Shown here one piece after another: positions 1-16,922 of a stretch of DNA of 64,000 bases. The translations under genes and the position numbers were made by a program. Where the stretch lies: contig ADNK01001088.1 of the NCBI GenBank assembly GCA_000320545.1, positions 124,001 through 188,000 on the forward strand. Reading direction: 5' to 3'. Origin of the DNA: Bigelowiella natans CCMP2755. Lineage: Eukaryota; Protista; Cercozoa. Within the stretch, counting starts at the first letter, position 1. Every line of letters starts with the position of its first letter. The notes beneath the pieces are model-generated. The model worked only from the letters and a program-made list of their open reading frames with translations, made no database searches and was not told the DNA's origin.

Positions 1-472
1 TTTACAGCACATCATCATCATCACCATCACCATCACCATCATTCATCATCATTCATCATAATAATCATGCGGGAATCAGACGGTGAGGCGAGATTTATCG
101 ACATTGTAGAGTTGCTGTTCTGTTGCCATTATGCGCTTCGTGATGTCCTTCACAAATTCTCGTCCGTCGAGGTTGAAGCACTCAACCCGATGTGAGACCT
201 TAGAAGATGCGGTCAACTCAGAATATACAACAAAGACCGAACACCACAATCACACTTCTGTATTATTTCTCCATCACATCGACGGAGGGACGATGGCTGA
301 GAATACGCGCGCGTTTCCGCGTGCACACCCACTCTCTGCTACTTTAACCACCCTTCTAGGCAGTGATCACCTTGTTAAGGCGGACGTTTTCCTTTAGCCA
401 CTTAAAAGACTCAGGGTTGAGGTCGTTGGCATAGACTTTGACACCCTTCATTCCAGCAGGAACTGGGAATAA

Positions 473-504
<32 letters not shown>

Positions 505-2424
505 CATCGTACCATCTAATCCTGCTGTGCCCTACGGCTGCGACTATAGGTAGTTCTTTGGTGCCCCCCTCCTTGGGCAGCAGCAAACGATTAAATCTAC
601 CTGCAAAAGGGCCGATCCCGCAGAACATATCGCATACGATGTCATCCCGCTGATAACAATATACACATCGTAGAGTGAGGACGAATAAGTCTGGCGAAGG
701 AGAGGAGGGCTTCACAATCATACCGCAAAATCTATATATTTGAAAAAAAAATGCAACGCTAGTAATAAATCATACGTGGAGCATCCTCACTATCCGCGCG
801 TGTTCTGTTTGTAAGCGTGAGTTCCAATACACCTAACGAACGTACCACCAGCAGTAACAAATAGCAACTGTAGCTAAGGTTACGCCAAGAATATCTTTAG
901 GGGCCCTCGTAGGACGTTGTATTGCCATCAATCGATAACACTATCGTCGTGGATATTTTGCTGAAAGCCCTGCGCCGACCTTTCCGTAGTCTAGTCTGAA
1001 TCTGCATCCATGTTCCTTTACCTCCGTCTCCAAGTCTTTTTTACCTACCCACAAAGGTAAATGAAAGCGGCCGCCGGTGGGGGAACTGAGCTTCATTTCT
1101 GTTGCGAATGCTATATTATACCTGCAATAACCTCCATGGGAAATACCCGAAACCTGTCTGTTATCTTGCCCGTTTTTACGACCACTGTTTTTACCTTTAA
1201 TGTCAATACATCGCAAAGGGGATCAGGTGGGGAGAGTGAATGTGAGGAGATCATTGTCAGAGTTACTGCTTACATTAGGGAGCTTTTTCAATATGGCTTC
1301 GCCAATTTGTACCCTGGTGTTCATTGCGAAGGACAAACACGCTGTTATCATCATCATCATACAACCAGCAATTGAGTGTGCAATCAAGTGCAATTAGCAA
1401 CTGATAATGCCGAGTACTTGAAGGGCATCTGTTGATCCAAGAGGTTTAGGTGTACGATGTGACCCACAGACTCAAACGACGTGATAATTGGTGTCCCTTT
1501 TGGAAGGATGCGTTTGAGGGTCTGGTACGCAAATATAACGTGATAAGAACTAGATATTCTCAGAAAATCAATTTTAACTTTCTTAAATGGATTCTAAATT
1601 TACGAAATCTGACTGAGAAATCCTACAGCACCCTCTAGTTCATATTGTTGGAACTTACCTCCGCGAGTGACATGTGTTTCTCCTTGTCGAGTAGAAGAGT
1701 GTGAAATACAGGAATCGCGCCGTTTGACAGACAAAAATCCCCTAGTTATGAGGTGCATGGCAGGTTACAAAATTCTGATCGTGAAGGTTTAGATATCACA
1801 TAAGGGAATAGTGAATAACTTGTTGCTGAATCCATTTCATTCAGGTCCAAGGCAGTGATTTTTGAATCGAGCAGGATAATTTTCTCAGACGCGGACTTAT
1901 TTTGCCGCGTTGCCGCTGCTGCCACGATATGAGATCCGGAGGGCTCTTTGTTGTCGTCCTTTGCAATCTCGGAAGAATTGCTCGGAGCATCTACTACTGG
2001 CTAGAGGATAATTCATAAACTTAGATGATTTGCGATGGTGTTGGCTACTGAATGGGACTTGCCATCAACTTCAAATTAGTTACTACAACTACTACCTTGA
2101 TTCGCTTGATGTGAAGTATAAACCTACGAACATCGAGGAAATCATACTCAATTTTAAGGAGTAATTGAACTTATCCTGGCACATACTTTTCACTCCGCAG
2201 TTTGCCCATCAAGAGCCCACATTTTCGTGCGGGTACGCGGAGGCCGACAAGTCTCATTTTTTCCTCCAGAACCACGCTGTGTTAAAACATTTAGGACCAA
2301 TAGTATCAGTAAAGAATGAATGCCCTCCCACACCATTATACCGACAGTTGCAACGAAGAGGAAATTCGAAGAAGGTTGATTTGACTGACTCTTGGGGCTT
2401 CTTCTCCCTGGAGGAGGTGCTCAT
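1..2424 (-). CDS. TRM5: tRNA (guanine37-N1)-methyltransferase Trm5 (Met-10+ family); multi-exon, 3' end runs off the window
   Basis: Minus-strand exons encode [76 protein letters not shown] and [25 protein letters not shown], all Trm5 motifs. Start is ATG 2424 ([10 protein letters not shown]) or possibly 2514. Confidence 0.92.
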
Positions 2425-2833
2425 CTCACACAGAGGAGATCCAACTGCCAGTGGTCGCACGTTGTTAGGAGCGAGCAACGAGCAGTCGTCATACTTATGA
2501 GACAACACCAGCATCAAGTCGCACAGTCCAAATACCCTTTGTTCTTGCTTAATCTGTTGCATTGTCGCAATGTCCAAAATACATCCAGAAAGAGAGGGTA
2601 GTGGGTGAATCTGTTTCAGCGACAAAAGCACTTGGAAGGGTAACGAAACGCCAAGTACCCTACTCTGGCTGGAAATTTTTGATTTTCTAGATATTTTCTG
2701 ATGTCGCAGACCATGAACCAAGTAAGTCTTCACATTTCCTTCGGATTGCTGGCCGGATCGAAAGGCCGTTGGATCGCTTCAGCCACACCGTGGAGTAAAA
2801 TTATCTCTTCAGTCTTTCGTCCAACTAGCGACC

Positions 2834-3604
2834 ATGAAGCCTGCAGTGAATTTCAATGTGGAAATTGAGAAGACTGTAGTGGGCGCTTTCCCCTGGTTCG
2901 TCCTTTCTCAACTGCTGTTTTGGACCTTCCGTGCGTACTCTGGACTTGTTTCACCTACCTACAAAAAGCTAAATGGGGCTATGAAATCTTACTGGGCAGC
3001 CTCAATTGTGAGTACTCTCCATGGGTTCGCCATAACATATTGGGCTTTTTGTGCGATTTGTGAAGGAAATCTGTGGACATCGGAGGATTTTTTTGCACAT
3101 ACTCCCGCGACCACAGCATGCTGTCATGTTCTACTCGGATACATCTTCTCGGATCTCTTATTAGCGTTATACTATGGAGCGCAATGGCCAGGAAACGTTG
3201 CTAATGTGATTCATCATACGATAACTGTGTATTCTTTCGGAGACATGTGCACCAATAAATTTGCCCATGGTATGGCCGTGATGGTCATGCTGCTTGAGGC
3301 AACTACTCCATTCATCAATTTTCGATGGTTTCTCTCAGAATTGGGTATGAAGGACAGCCATCCAAAGCTTTATTTGGTAAATGGATTAATAATGACCATT
3401 GGATGGTTCATCCTGCGGATCTGTTTTTGTGCTTGGATAGGACTTCGCATCTTGATGATGCGTGATCAGGTTAAGGAACTAGGCCACCTCCAGCTTGGAA
3501 CGTGCATAGTTACCTATGGAGTTGGTTATGGATTGCAAGTTTTTTGGTTCAATAAAATCATGAGAGGAGCCATGAAGATTCTTCGGAAGCCAAAGCAGCA
3601 ATGA
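2834..3604 (+). CDS. TLC (TRAM/LAG1/CLN8) domain membrane protein, TMEM56/TLCD4-like; intronless
   Basis: 256-aa ORF with multiple TM segments and TLC motifs: IVSTLHG, GYIFSDL, VIHH, LLEATTPFINFRWFL, LVNGLIMTIGWFILRI, LQVFWFNKI. Confidence 0.9.
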   Translation: MKPAVNFNVEIEKTVVGAFPWFVLSQLLFWTFRAYSGLVSPTYKKLNGAMKSYWAASIVSTLHGFAITYWAFCAICEGNLWTSEDFFAHTPATTACCHVLLGYIFSDLLLALYYGAQWPGNVANVIHHTITVYSFGDMCTNKFAHGMAVMVMLLEATTPFINFRWFLSELGMKDSHPKLYLVNGLIMTIGWFILRICFCAWIGLRILMMRDQVKELGHLQLGTCIVTYGVGYGLQVFWFNKIMRGAMKILRKPKQQ

Positions 3605-4189
3605 AGATTGGGTCGCTTCCAGCCAAATTAATCGAAAGTCAGCTCATTTCGAGGTTATGATGCAAACCGCTATCAAGAGCTGCGATGTGTCACAGGAAGT
3701 ACACAGAGACAACCCTTAGAACCTTGGTCTCAGCAAGGTGTCAGCGCAAAACGGTGCCAATAAATTCAAATAATTTCCTATGTGTGAGAACACCATTGAA
3801 CAAGATTTCTACTGCTGTACTCGCTGATCGAATGATGCCATCCAATTCATTACACATGCCACACATGTCGCATCACGGCTACTTCGAACATCTTCCCACT
3901 GCTGAAGTGATACATGCACGTGTGTGTGTCACCCAGCAATTCTTAGCGCGCACACGTTTATGTCATGGAATAACAATGACACAGCGCTGGTATGCAAATC
4001 TAGAAATATGTTGCGACCATGTAGGCAATGTAGGCGTATCTAGGTATGTGCATGACAGGTCTTCGCTTGATTACGTGCGTGTGTACATGTGCACACATAT
4101 AGCTCAGTGCAGCTACATCGCAGCTTGTATGACAATATGCTAAGTATATTGTGTCTATTGCATGTTACACACTGACGCAATGCGCTGCA

Positions 4190-5090
4190 CTATTGCAGCT
4201 GCTGGTAGCAGAATTTATCAAGAAATCCCAAGGCAGTGAACAGACCGACAAGGCCCAGTAGGGCTGCTTCTCTTGCTGCGGAACCTGCATCTCTCTCAAT
4301 CTCCTCTATAAAGGGATAAGGCCAAGAACCAGTCGCTACCCAGTTGAGGTGGATAAAAACTAGATAAAGAGTCAAGTATACCGCTACAATAAAGATGCTA
4401 AGATACGTGGGTACTGTCTCTGTAGGTAAATGAAGGTAGGTAAAGAGAATCATAAAGGGGGCGCCTAAACCGTGTTCGAGATGTTGATTGAGGAAAATCC
4501 ATGGATAACCGTTCATCTTCAATTTGCCCCTTCGCAGTTGTTGTTCGGGATTGAAGTGGTCCAAGGCTACGATTTTTTGGATAATTATTAGTCCAAATAA
4601 CACATGGTTGGCACATAAAATGTGTATCTCTCTGGGCGAATATTCATGTGAATACAAATTACCATAGTATGCAACTGTGAGAAATATCGCCAAAGCGAAT
4701 GCCAACGGGAACATTGTTACAAGAAAAATTTCCAAGTTCGGGAGAGACACAAAACCAGCGATAACCTGATTGATGAATGCTGCTGAATCTGCCAAATATG
4801 TTTATTCTTTTTTAGCCATCTCACCGTTAGGGAGTAGTAACACAGGAGCATCCAGTTTGTTTGAAAAGTCAACCACATGCACCTTCCGATAAATTTTGCC
4901 GGTTCAGGCCTGAGGATGGTTGCTGGTGCCCCTACGAAAATTGTAACCTTTACCACGAAGGTAGGGAACAAGCAGTTTCAAACGAACCACATCTCTGACA
5001 TGATTTCGTACCCAGGAAAAAAGTACTGTAGAGGGCTACACACTGAGCAAGGGTGCAGGCTGTTGCTACGGGCATAGGTGCGATGGCCAT
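4190..5090 (-). CDS. FAR-17a/AIG1 (ADTRP-like) multi-pass membrane protein; multi-exon
   Basis: Start MAIAPMPV at 5090. Exons encode GRCMWLTFQTNW (catalytic-Thr-like motif), NQHLEHG (His motif) and WVATGSWPYPFI, which match the family pattern. Confidence 0.7.
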
Positions 5091-5657
5091 CTTCCTTTCT
5101 TGCCCCAAAAAGTAGGAGAATTCTCGGGAATTGGTGCTCCACGAACAGCGTTGCGGAGATTCCTCAAAACCCCTATTTCCGGAACAACAATGCTTGTCCT
5201 TTCACATCTGCGTCTTGGGGTTCTTTTCAAAATTATAAAAACCGATTCAATTTAATGTCGCAGCATATGGATGGCATGGATTTCACAAATACTTCAAGTT
5301 ATCGAGCATCCGTTCAAAAATCAAAATTCGGAAAAAATAGGCATCAAACAGAGAAGGTCCATGGCCGCCACCTAATGAAGCTCCTTAGTATATCCCTTCT
5401 GAACAGCTAGGGTATTTAATGCCTCCCCACGAAGTGGTTTATATCGACGAACAGGTTATTGCGTGCGTAGCTGACCTTTCGGCTCTTGACCTGACATTTT
5501 AAACTTAAAAATGCCATAGGCACCACTCCTCTACCAGAGTGGATGTGAGATTCAAGTGAAAGAAAGGGAAAATGGGTTCAATCAGAATCTTTTACCGAAG
5601 ACGAGCGATGGAATAGAAATTGCAGTGAGCTCCTCTTCCTTTCTTCTTCGTGGTGGG

Positions 5658-6669
5658 ATGCAGCCGCAGCAGCAGCCGCAGCAGCAGCTCATCGACAGTG
5701 ATCACAAGCCGATTATACAAACGGTTTTCTGGACTCTCTCACTATATTACATTGTCTCTCCAGTTTATATGTTCTTAATTGCTCTCGAAGTCAGTAAGCA
5801 ACGAATCATTATTGCATTGTTTTTTCAAAAGAAATGAGATCGTGAGAATGTGCACAAAATTAGCATATTTTTACACTTTGATTGTGCTGATCTAATTCTT
5901 GGCTCGATCAGCTTGCCATGAACTGCACCGAAAATCTCGACACACTCTGGGTCACAGCTGGCGTTTCAAGTCTTGGATTCGTCAGTGACATCTGAAGAGG
6001 ATATAGATTTATGATGCCTCTTCCAGAATGATAGCAATTTGTCCCGAAAATCTTGTAATTGATGATGGCATTCGTGGCGACAATGTTGGTGTTGTGGTGA
6101 TGATTACATTCCATTGACTTTTGCTACTTAACAGGGAATTGGGGGTGCCTTCTTCACTTTTGGCATTAAATTTCCAAGCAGAGAGGAAGGATTGGAGCTA
6201 TGCATCTACATTTTTCTTATGTAATCGTAATGGACATTCACGGATATCTGCGCAATCACTATACCACAACACACCTACAAAGATGAAATTCTGCTATCAG
6301 ATTTGTGGAATATTTTTCAGCATATTGTGGATTATAGCGGCACTTGCGCTGGGGGTATGTTTTGGAATAGTCTCAATATACCATCTCGCTGAGTATAACT
6401 GCCAGGTAGATCAATCACGAGCTATGTAATATAGTATGTTTCGATATCAATCTTTCAATGCGTGATCTGGTCGTTATCTTCATCAGAATTCGAAAGTTTG
6501 GCTACAACAATCGCGCATGTTTGGACTTATTAACTTTCTCTTGTTGCTGGTGGTCTTGCTCTTTGTCATCTGTGGAGCTCACAATATCGTAGAGAAGGAA
6601 TCAATACCCCCTCCTCGAGAAATTAAAAACCAAGGGAGAAATAGTGACCAACAGAGAAGGGAAACGTAA
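5658..6669 (+). CDS. Hypothetical small multi-pass membrane protein; multi-exon
   Basis: Hydrophobic exons (VFWTLSLYYIVSPVYMFLIAL; ICGIFFSILWIIAALALGVCFGIVSIY; MFGLINFLLLLVVLLFVICG) are flanked by GT/AG sites, with stop TAA at 6667-6669. No family recognised. Confidence 0.55.
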
Positions 6670-7372
6670 AGATATCTAAATCAAATGGAAATCAATAGGG
6701 CACATTAGCAATCCAAGACGTGAACTGGAAATCATAGAGTTTTGCAAAATTCTCTGCATGCGTACTATGATACCATCGCATGCCCACCCCTATAGCAATG
6801 CGTTTTAGTCATCATCGATATACATGCAGCATTAATCGTGGTGCACGCATCTTTCGTGTGCGTGCAGTGATACGATGTCCGGTTCGCGGCAAGCGAAGAA
6901 GCTATCATGACATGAAATAAGGTTGGAGGCTCGTCAGAACAAGCACGCGAGAGAAACATGTTACCCGTGACGCATGGCAGGTTATCGTGACATTGGCGTT
7001 GAATCATATGATGCTCATGAGTGCTTAAGCATCTCGCGTTTCGCGGGGCAGATGGACGCTCTAGGCCATGCACTACCCTGATCATGCTATATGTACGAGG
7101 GTCAATGTATGCTCCGTAAGATTAGAAATAAATGCATCTGTCCACCCGAAAGCGCTGGAACCAAAAGATAGATCACTGCGCACGCGTGGTTTTGATGCAG
7201 GCGCGTTACGGCGCGTGCGTGCGCTGCACCGTAAAAAAACATGCTGGCATAAACCACGCATGCGAAATATGACTGATTGTATCTCGGCCCGCCCACGTAT
7301 ATCACAAGTTGAATCTAGAAGTTCATTAACACGATGCTGAAGTTTAATGTAGATAATGCGCATGTGAGAGAC

Positions 7373-10966
<3,594 letters not shown>

Positions 10967-11793
10967 GCTCTGCCTCGCTCAATCCAGGGGCATCCCTATT
11001 GTCTGTGCCAGGATGCGAAAGCTACCAGCGAGAGGGCAGTGGCAACTTCGGAGAACGCTTGCATTTTCGGAATGCTCGAGAGAGAGGGAGGGGCAGCAAC
11101 CGTGTGAGGTGAACCAACGATATAGTAATATCCTGTTTATCTTAGATATTTGACGCACTAAAATATGTCTAAAATTATATCCTGAAGAACCTTTTTTTGC
11201 TGGAATTCTATCAGCGGAATATCCCACATTGCAGCCGCATTTCACGTTTGCAATCAGTCAGACTCCAGCGGCCTGCTAGCGGAGATCGACGAGGCAGAGT
11301 TACCTCCTATATTTACCGAAAATGAGCACATGTTATTGTCGCAGAGATATTTCGGCAAGAGATTCCATAACGGGCCAAAGTTGCTTTGGAACACAATACG
11401 GCTGCGCGAACTCGCTGACGCAAGAGAATTTCAAACCCAGTAGTCCAAATAATACTTTTGGAAAGAAGCTTTTTCCATCATCTTTTGACAACATATTATT
11501 GTCGCTAATATTATATCGATCCTGTTATTAAGTCGTTAAGACGTTGATCAGCCTTAGTAGATCTTATAACAGAGAGCGGCCTGTGGTTCTGGTAGGGGAT
11601 AAACAACATAAGGGATTTACGTGTGTGCGCCCCTTTCTCGCCTGTCGAACGAAGACCTAGTCGATTTGTCAGTGAGATTAGATTAACTGCAGGGGGTACA
11701 GCCGCCTTGGAAGAGAGAAAAACAGCCTTCTAGCTCGAGCTTCTCGACGGTTCATCCTCATCATCTTCGATACCGCTGAGAAGAATAAGTGAG

Positions 11794-12900
11794 ATGCTTA
11801 TCGTCAAATTTGGGCTTCTCGTAGCATCTTTACTTGGCAGTAGCGTGAATGCTGAGGGAAATTCGAAGCACTCAATTCTCCCAGCGTTCAAGTGGGCCCA
11901 GAGCCCCGATGACGTCCACCTCTACATCAAGTTCGCGCACAAGGTTTGGTTGTGAACGGCTGCTTACATACTACGCATATATATCCATTTTTTTGCCACT
12001 CTGCTGTATAAAAATGAAAAACTTCTTGTGTAGATCCTAAAGCAATAATCATGAATTGTGGTGGTCAGATCGACGCCCCAGCGTACAACAACTTCGCGAA
12101 ATCGAACGTGAAAGTGGAGATCACCGAGGTTCAGCGAGGCATAAAATACACCTAATCATCTCATTTTGCATTGCTACAGACAAGAATTCTTATGGTTGTT
12201 GACAACAATGGGATGTGCTGCTTCTGAACAGAAATCTATCTCGATGGTGGCGTCGAACGACGAAAAGCAATTCGAGCTCGAGTTGGAGTTATTTAAGAAT
12301 ATTGACCCCGAGGCCTCAACGTATAGCGTGCATACTTTTGGAGTTTCCTTTGTGCTACGAAAAGTGGACAAGGTAATGAAAATCGAATATTTGCCATATA
12401 GATTACAAATAATAAAACACGCTGACAGTAACAGTATTGCTCTTCCCCCATCCCCCCCCCCACTGCTTCCAAGGTATGGAAACGGTTGCTCAAGGACCCA
12501 ACGTTGAAGCCGAGAAATATGCATTTATGGTATATTTTTGAATTAATAAAATATGGATAGTATAGATCCCCTTCAGAAATGGAATTATCTGCGTGTGACT
12601 TCATCAACCGTGTAGGTGGGAGCTGTACGATAAGTACCAAGACGAGATGGAGAAACTTCAGGTACATTCTATTTATTGTGCCTTTTCCTCTTACACAAAA
12701 GGACAATCAGCCAGGATCGGCCTCTGAAAATATCTATGCTTGCTCTGCATCAAATAAATGATATCTAATTCACAAGGCCGAAGCCGAGTCCGAATCGAAG
12801 GACAACAAGAAATGGTGGAAGAGGTTCGATCATAAATGCGAAGCGTGCCACACTATGGTAGTAGTCGTAGTTGTAGTAGTAGTAGTAGTTGTAGCAGCAC

Positions 12901-12939
<39 letters not shown>

Positions 12940-15923
12940 TAGTAGTAGTAGATGTAACGGCAAGAGTAGCAGCACCGGTAGTAATGCAAGGAATAGATTT
13001 ATACAGACACGCATTACTACAGCGACATTGCCACATCCTTGTGGATTCTGAATAGTAAATGCGAGAGAGTGCTGAGAACATCGGAAGGAATAGAAAATGA
13101 ACAGCTATGGCAATAGGAATAAAACTAAGCAGCTAATAGTGACCATCCGCAGGTCGAGGAAGCAGCCTTTAGCGATCAAGCAATACAGAGGCTGAAGAAA
13201 GCTCTTCACACTGAGGTGAGTAGTCATTTGTGAAAAGAGGCACTGTCTTCTTCCTTCCGCGCACGCAAACAAACAGTAGTGTCTAAACAGCTTCCACTAC
13301 CATTAGATGGACCGTGCGGCTGCAGAGGAGGCGCAGAAGGCAGCTGAAAAGGCCAAGAAAGCAGCTGAGGAAGCTAAAGCGAAGGAAGAAAATGAGACAG
13401 AAGGTCTAGTCTAGCTAATCATAAGAAAGTCGATGTCATTTCTATCGTCCTCTTATGTTTAAACTTTCTCAATCACTTAGAAGCTGGATCTGAAGAGAAC
13501 AGCGATGATGACGACGGCAAGGAGGAAGAAGACGATGAAAAGGCCAAAAAGAATAAGAAACTCAAACAGAGTAAGTTGTCCAAAATTCAAGTGATATTGT
13601 GGGCGAAAGAAATCCCCGCTGTTCACTTAATCTCTGCATTTCTCGAATACACTGTTTGTGTCGAAGCTGGTTGAATGATATATTTGAATTGAGGGTGTCT
13701 CACAAGCAGTCTTCTTCCCTATTCACAGCGGTGAAAGTGGCTGGATCTGTCGTGAAAAAGGTAAATGAGTTAACTTGAAAAGGGAGAAGTAGTAGTGTGT
13801 ATCTTCATTATCTCGATATTTGACGTGAGAAACGACCTTTCTCATAGATTCTTGCCGTCCTATTTAGCTATCAATTCCCTACTACATTTGATACAGAATC
13901 TTGCTGAACTGAAGAATAATATGAATAGGTTTGCGAACACTACAATAGCGACGTGATCTCAACGCCATTCAAGAAAGCTTGCAAGAAGGTCCATGTTGTT
14001 CATTGTTGTTTCTCCGTGCTATATTTCCTTGCAGGCCACAGATGCCATAGAATCGATGATTCAATCTCTGATTTCGTTCATCATCGTTGTGATTTGATTT
14101 GGCAGTTAAGAAAGAAAAGGGACATTAAAAAGCAAGTGGTCATCACAATGGGTGGGATAGATAATACATGATGATGCACATTTTCCGTTGACAGACAGCG
14201 ATGCTGCTGCTTTCGAATTGATGATAGGAATTGAAACACCTGCAACAACAAAACAATAACGCTAGCACTAGCCAGTTGGAAGTGCATAGAATAGAGAGTG
14301 CCTTCAAAATGATTTCATACCAAAGCTAGCCTGCAGCTTTAGGACACCATTCTCTCTTGGTGTTTGAATATACAAACAACTGAGAGGCTGCTGCTTCTGC
14401 CATGCTATAACCATTACCTACGATTTGTTACATTGTGTGTTGTTGTTGTTGTTGTTGTTGTTGTTGTGTTGTCCACTCTTGCTGTTGGCAACGTACGTCT
14501 GTCAGGGGTTGTATTGGAAATGATTCGGAAGGACGAAGAAATGAACCCGTCAGCTCTCAAACCCGGATTTATCGCCAACCACACGGAAAGGTAGTAAGTA
14601 GTAGTAGTAGTAGTAGTAGTAGTAGCTGTTGTTGTTGCTGCTATTGCTGTTGTGTATGCAGCCAGCGGCACCACGTAGTAGCTCAATTCGTCTTGCACCG
14701 TGGCAAGGAACGATTGCTTATGTTAATATTGTTGTTGTTGTTGCTGCTGCTGCTGCGAACTTGAAAGAAATAATGAGGTGATGAGCTTGCAGTAGTAGCG
14801 CTCCAAGGAAGTATTTTTTAAGTCCACGTTCTCCATGGAGAGACCAGCAGCCATAAGAGAGACGACTCATATTAAAACGGATTGCTAAATAGCGCCCTGA
14901 GAAACTCACTACCATTGACTGAATCAAATGTGACCGAATCTCATTGACTCGATTTGCATTGGTTTCGGTTTGAATTATCAGGAGTTGCAGCTCCGTGTGT
15001 CCCCGCTCTCCGAAGAAGATAAGTTCCTGCAAGGCTTGCAACACAGTCATGAACTCCATCCATGGTTATGTGCATGCAAACTAAAAGCTTATGACGTCAA
15101 CGAGCATGCGTGGTTGCTGTCATCGCTGCTACGACTCCTCTCAATATCTTCTTCTCTATCGTTTTGGTTGCCTCTCCTCTCCCCGTCTGAATTGTTCTCC
15201 ACATGTAATAATCAGCTCATGTAGTCAAGCACAAGCAGAAGCTGTCGAAAGAGCAGCTCGTTGACGGCACATGCGAGCGCGTCTTGGGCAGGATGCCCTC
15301 TATCGAGGAGGAAGACTATGAAAGCGTTTCGTACATTTGCAACCAGTAGGACTTTGTAGCTCTCCCTCTCCCTCTCTCTCTCGTTCTCTCTCGTTCTCTC
15401 GCTTTCTCACCACAGCTTAATCATCACTGCCAATCCACAAACAGGATAGTTCGTTGGCAAGATAAGGAAATCGTCCATATAGTGAGAGAGACACCGCAGG
15501 TGTGAAGGATAATGACAGCACTTATTTCCACCTCAAGCATGCTATTTCGACTTTTCGGCGGAAGGGCGAAGACTTTCGCATATTGTGATTAATTGCCGCT
15601 GTTTGTTCTTCTTTGGTATGCATGCAGTCGGAGAGACGAAAGGCCTTAGGAAACCTATGCTACAAGCTGAAGTTCTGTCAGAAGGTCGTGCGTTTTCATT
15701 GGTTTCTTGTTTGTGTGGGGATGTAGGTGACTATTCACAATTATGCTCACGATGTGGTTTCGGCGGTGTACCTTGCATGGTGCTCCATGTTTCCATATTA
15801 CAGAAGAAAAAATCAAAAAAGAAAAAGTCTTCCGCTGACACGGAAGAGAAAACCAAGCCATCCCAAGGCTTAGAGAAAGTTACGGAGGGAAAAGGGAAAA
15901 ACAGTGTCTCTGATGAATTATAA
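11794..15923 (+). CDS. ER-lumenal protein: signal peptide + CS (p23/HSP20-like) domain + charged linker + saposin-B/Canopy-like Cys domain + SDEL retention signal
   Basis: Signal MLIVKFGLLVASLLGSSVNA. CS motifs PAFKWAQSPDDVHLYIKFAHK, FELELELFKNIDPE, WKRLLKD..MHLWWELYDKY. C-terminal Cys pattern CKACNTV...C...C...LCYKLKFC. Ends KNSVSDEL*. Middle exons are uncertain. Confidence 0.75.
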
Positions 15924-16834
15924 TTGTTTTATGTGCATTCGTATGCTCGCATGTATTTCAAAAACCTTACCTGCTCACAACATAGCGAAGAACGTACTAG
16001 TGACTTGTTGGAGCTTCGTTCGAATTTCGCGAATCATCACAGTGCTAACAATGCACTAGTGCATTGCGGCTAAAAGGTGGTGGCAGTGGATATATCGCGT
16101 GCATGTCATATAATATGCAGCAGATATCTGCTGCTTGCGCTTTACGCTATTATTGCGCGAATGTACGTCACACGCCGAAAACGTAAAATTAGTACGTGCC
16201 GTGCATCACTGACTGATCATGCATATATACCCATCTACATTGCAAGTTAAATTTGTTGCAACAAGCAGTAGCAGCACATCGAGCCAGCTGTTTAGTCATC
16301 CATGCAATTGTATCAAATTGCAACATGCGACGAAGTCTTCAGAAAGCGGATGCATTCTTGGAAGAAGACCGTTCGTAACAATTCTGGTCTCATTTGAGCG
16401 TTTTTTTTGGCGTTACGTACAACTCCGCTGCTGTCCACATTGCGCACGTGCTGTTGCTTAAAGTCGCAAGCCACATGTATAATACTAGAACATTCTAATG
16501 TTCAACCAAAGCACTGTTACGATATTCAAAAATGTATGAGCATTATGGGCTTTCCTCAAATATATATCGGAGCAGAACTATTCAGACACAACAGTATACT
16601 ACTGTCTCATCATGTACTACTACAGTACACTCCATGTTTGAAAAAGAGTACCTACTCCTTCCAACAATTCGCATGCTTTGCAACAACGTTATGGCCGCAA
16701 CATCTCGCTATAAGTTACATAGCAGGATTTCCAGTATTTGCAGCCTTCTTCATCAATGGCATCATGTCAACCTACATATTCATTTTACAGATGAAAATCT
16801 CATTGTTTCGTCCTCTCTGTCTCTCTGTCTCTCT

Positions 16835-16891
16835 CTATTCCTCAGGCCTCTCTTTCTTTTGTGGATATTGACTTGAGATCTGGTAGCTCCG

Positions 16892-16922
<31 letters not shown>

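Noticed and set aside
12765-13081. ORFs with poly-Y/C/T/A/S/V runs (also at 14364-14764, 17869-18241, 37348-38016, 45462-45710, 49044-49468)
   Set aside because: They are translations of intronic or UTR microsatellites, which lack stop codons in several frames.
16407-16876. 154-aa and 114-aa ORFs (similarly 3685-4143, 35252-35782, 51423-52026)
   Set aside because: They lie in RY-rich convergent spacers, have Cys/His/Met-biased composition typical of such DNA, and show no motifs.
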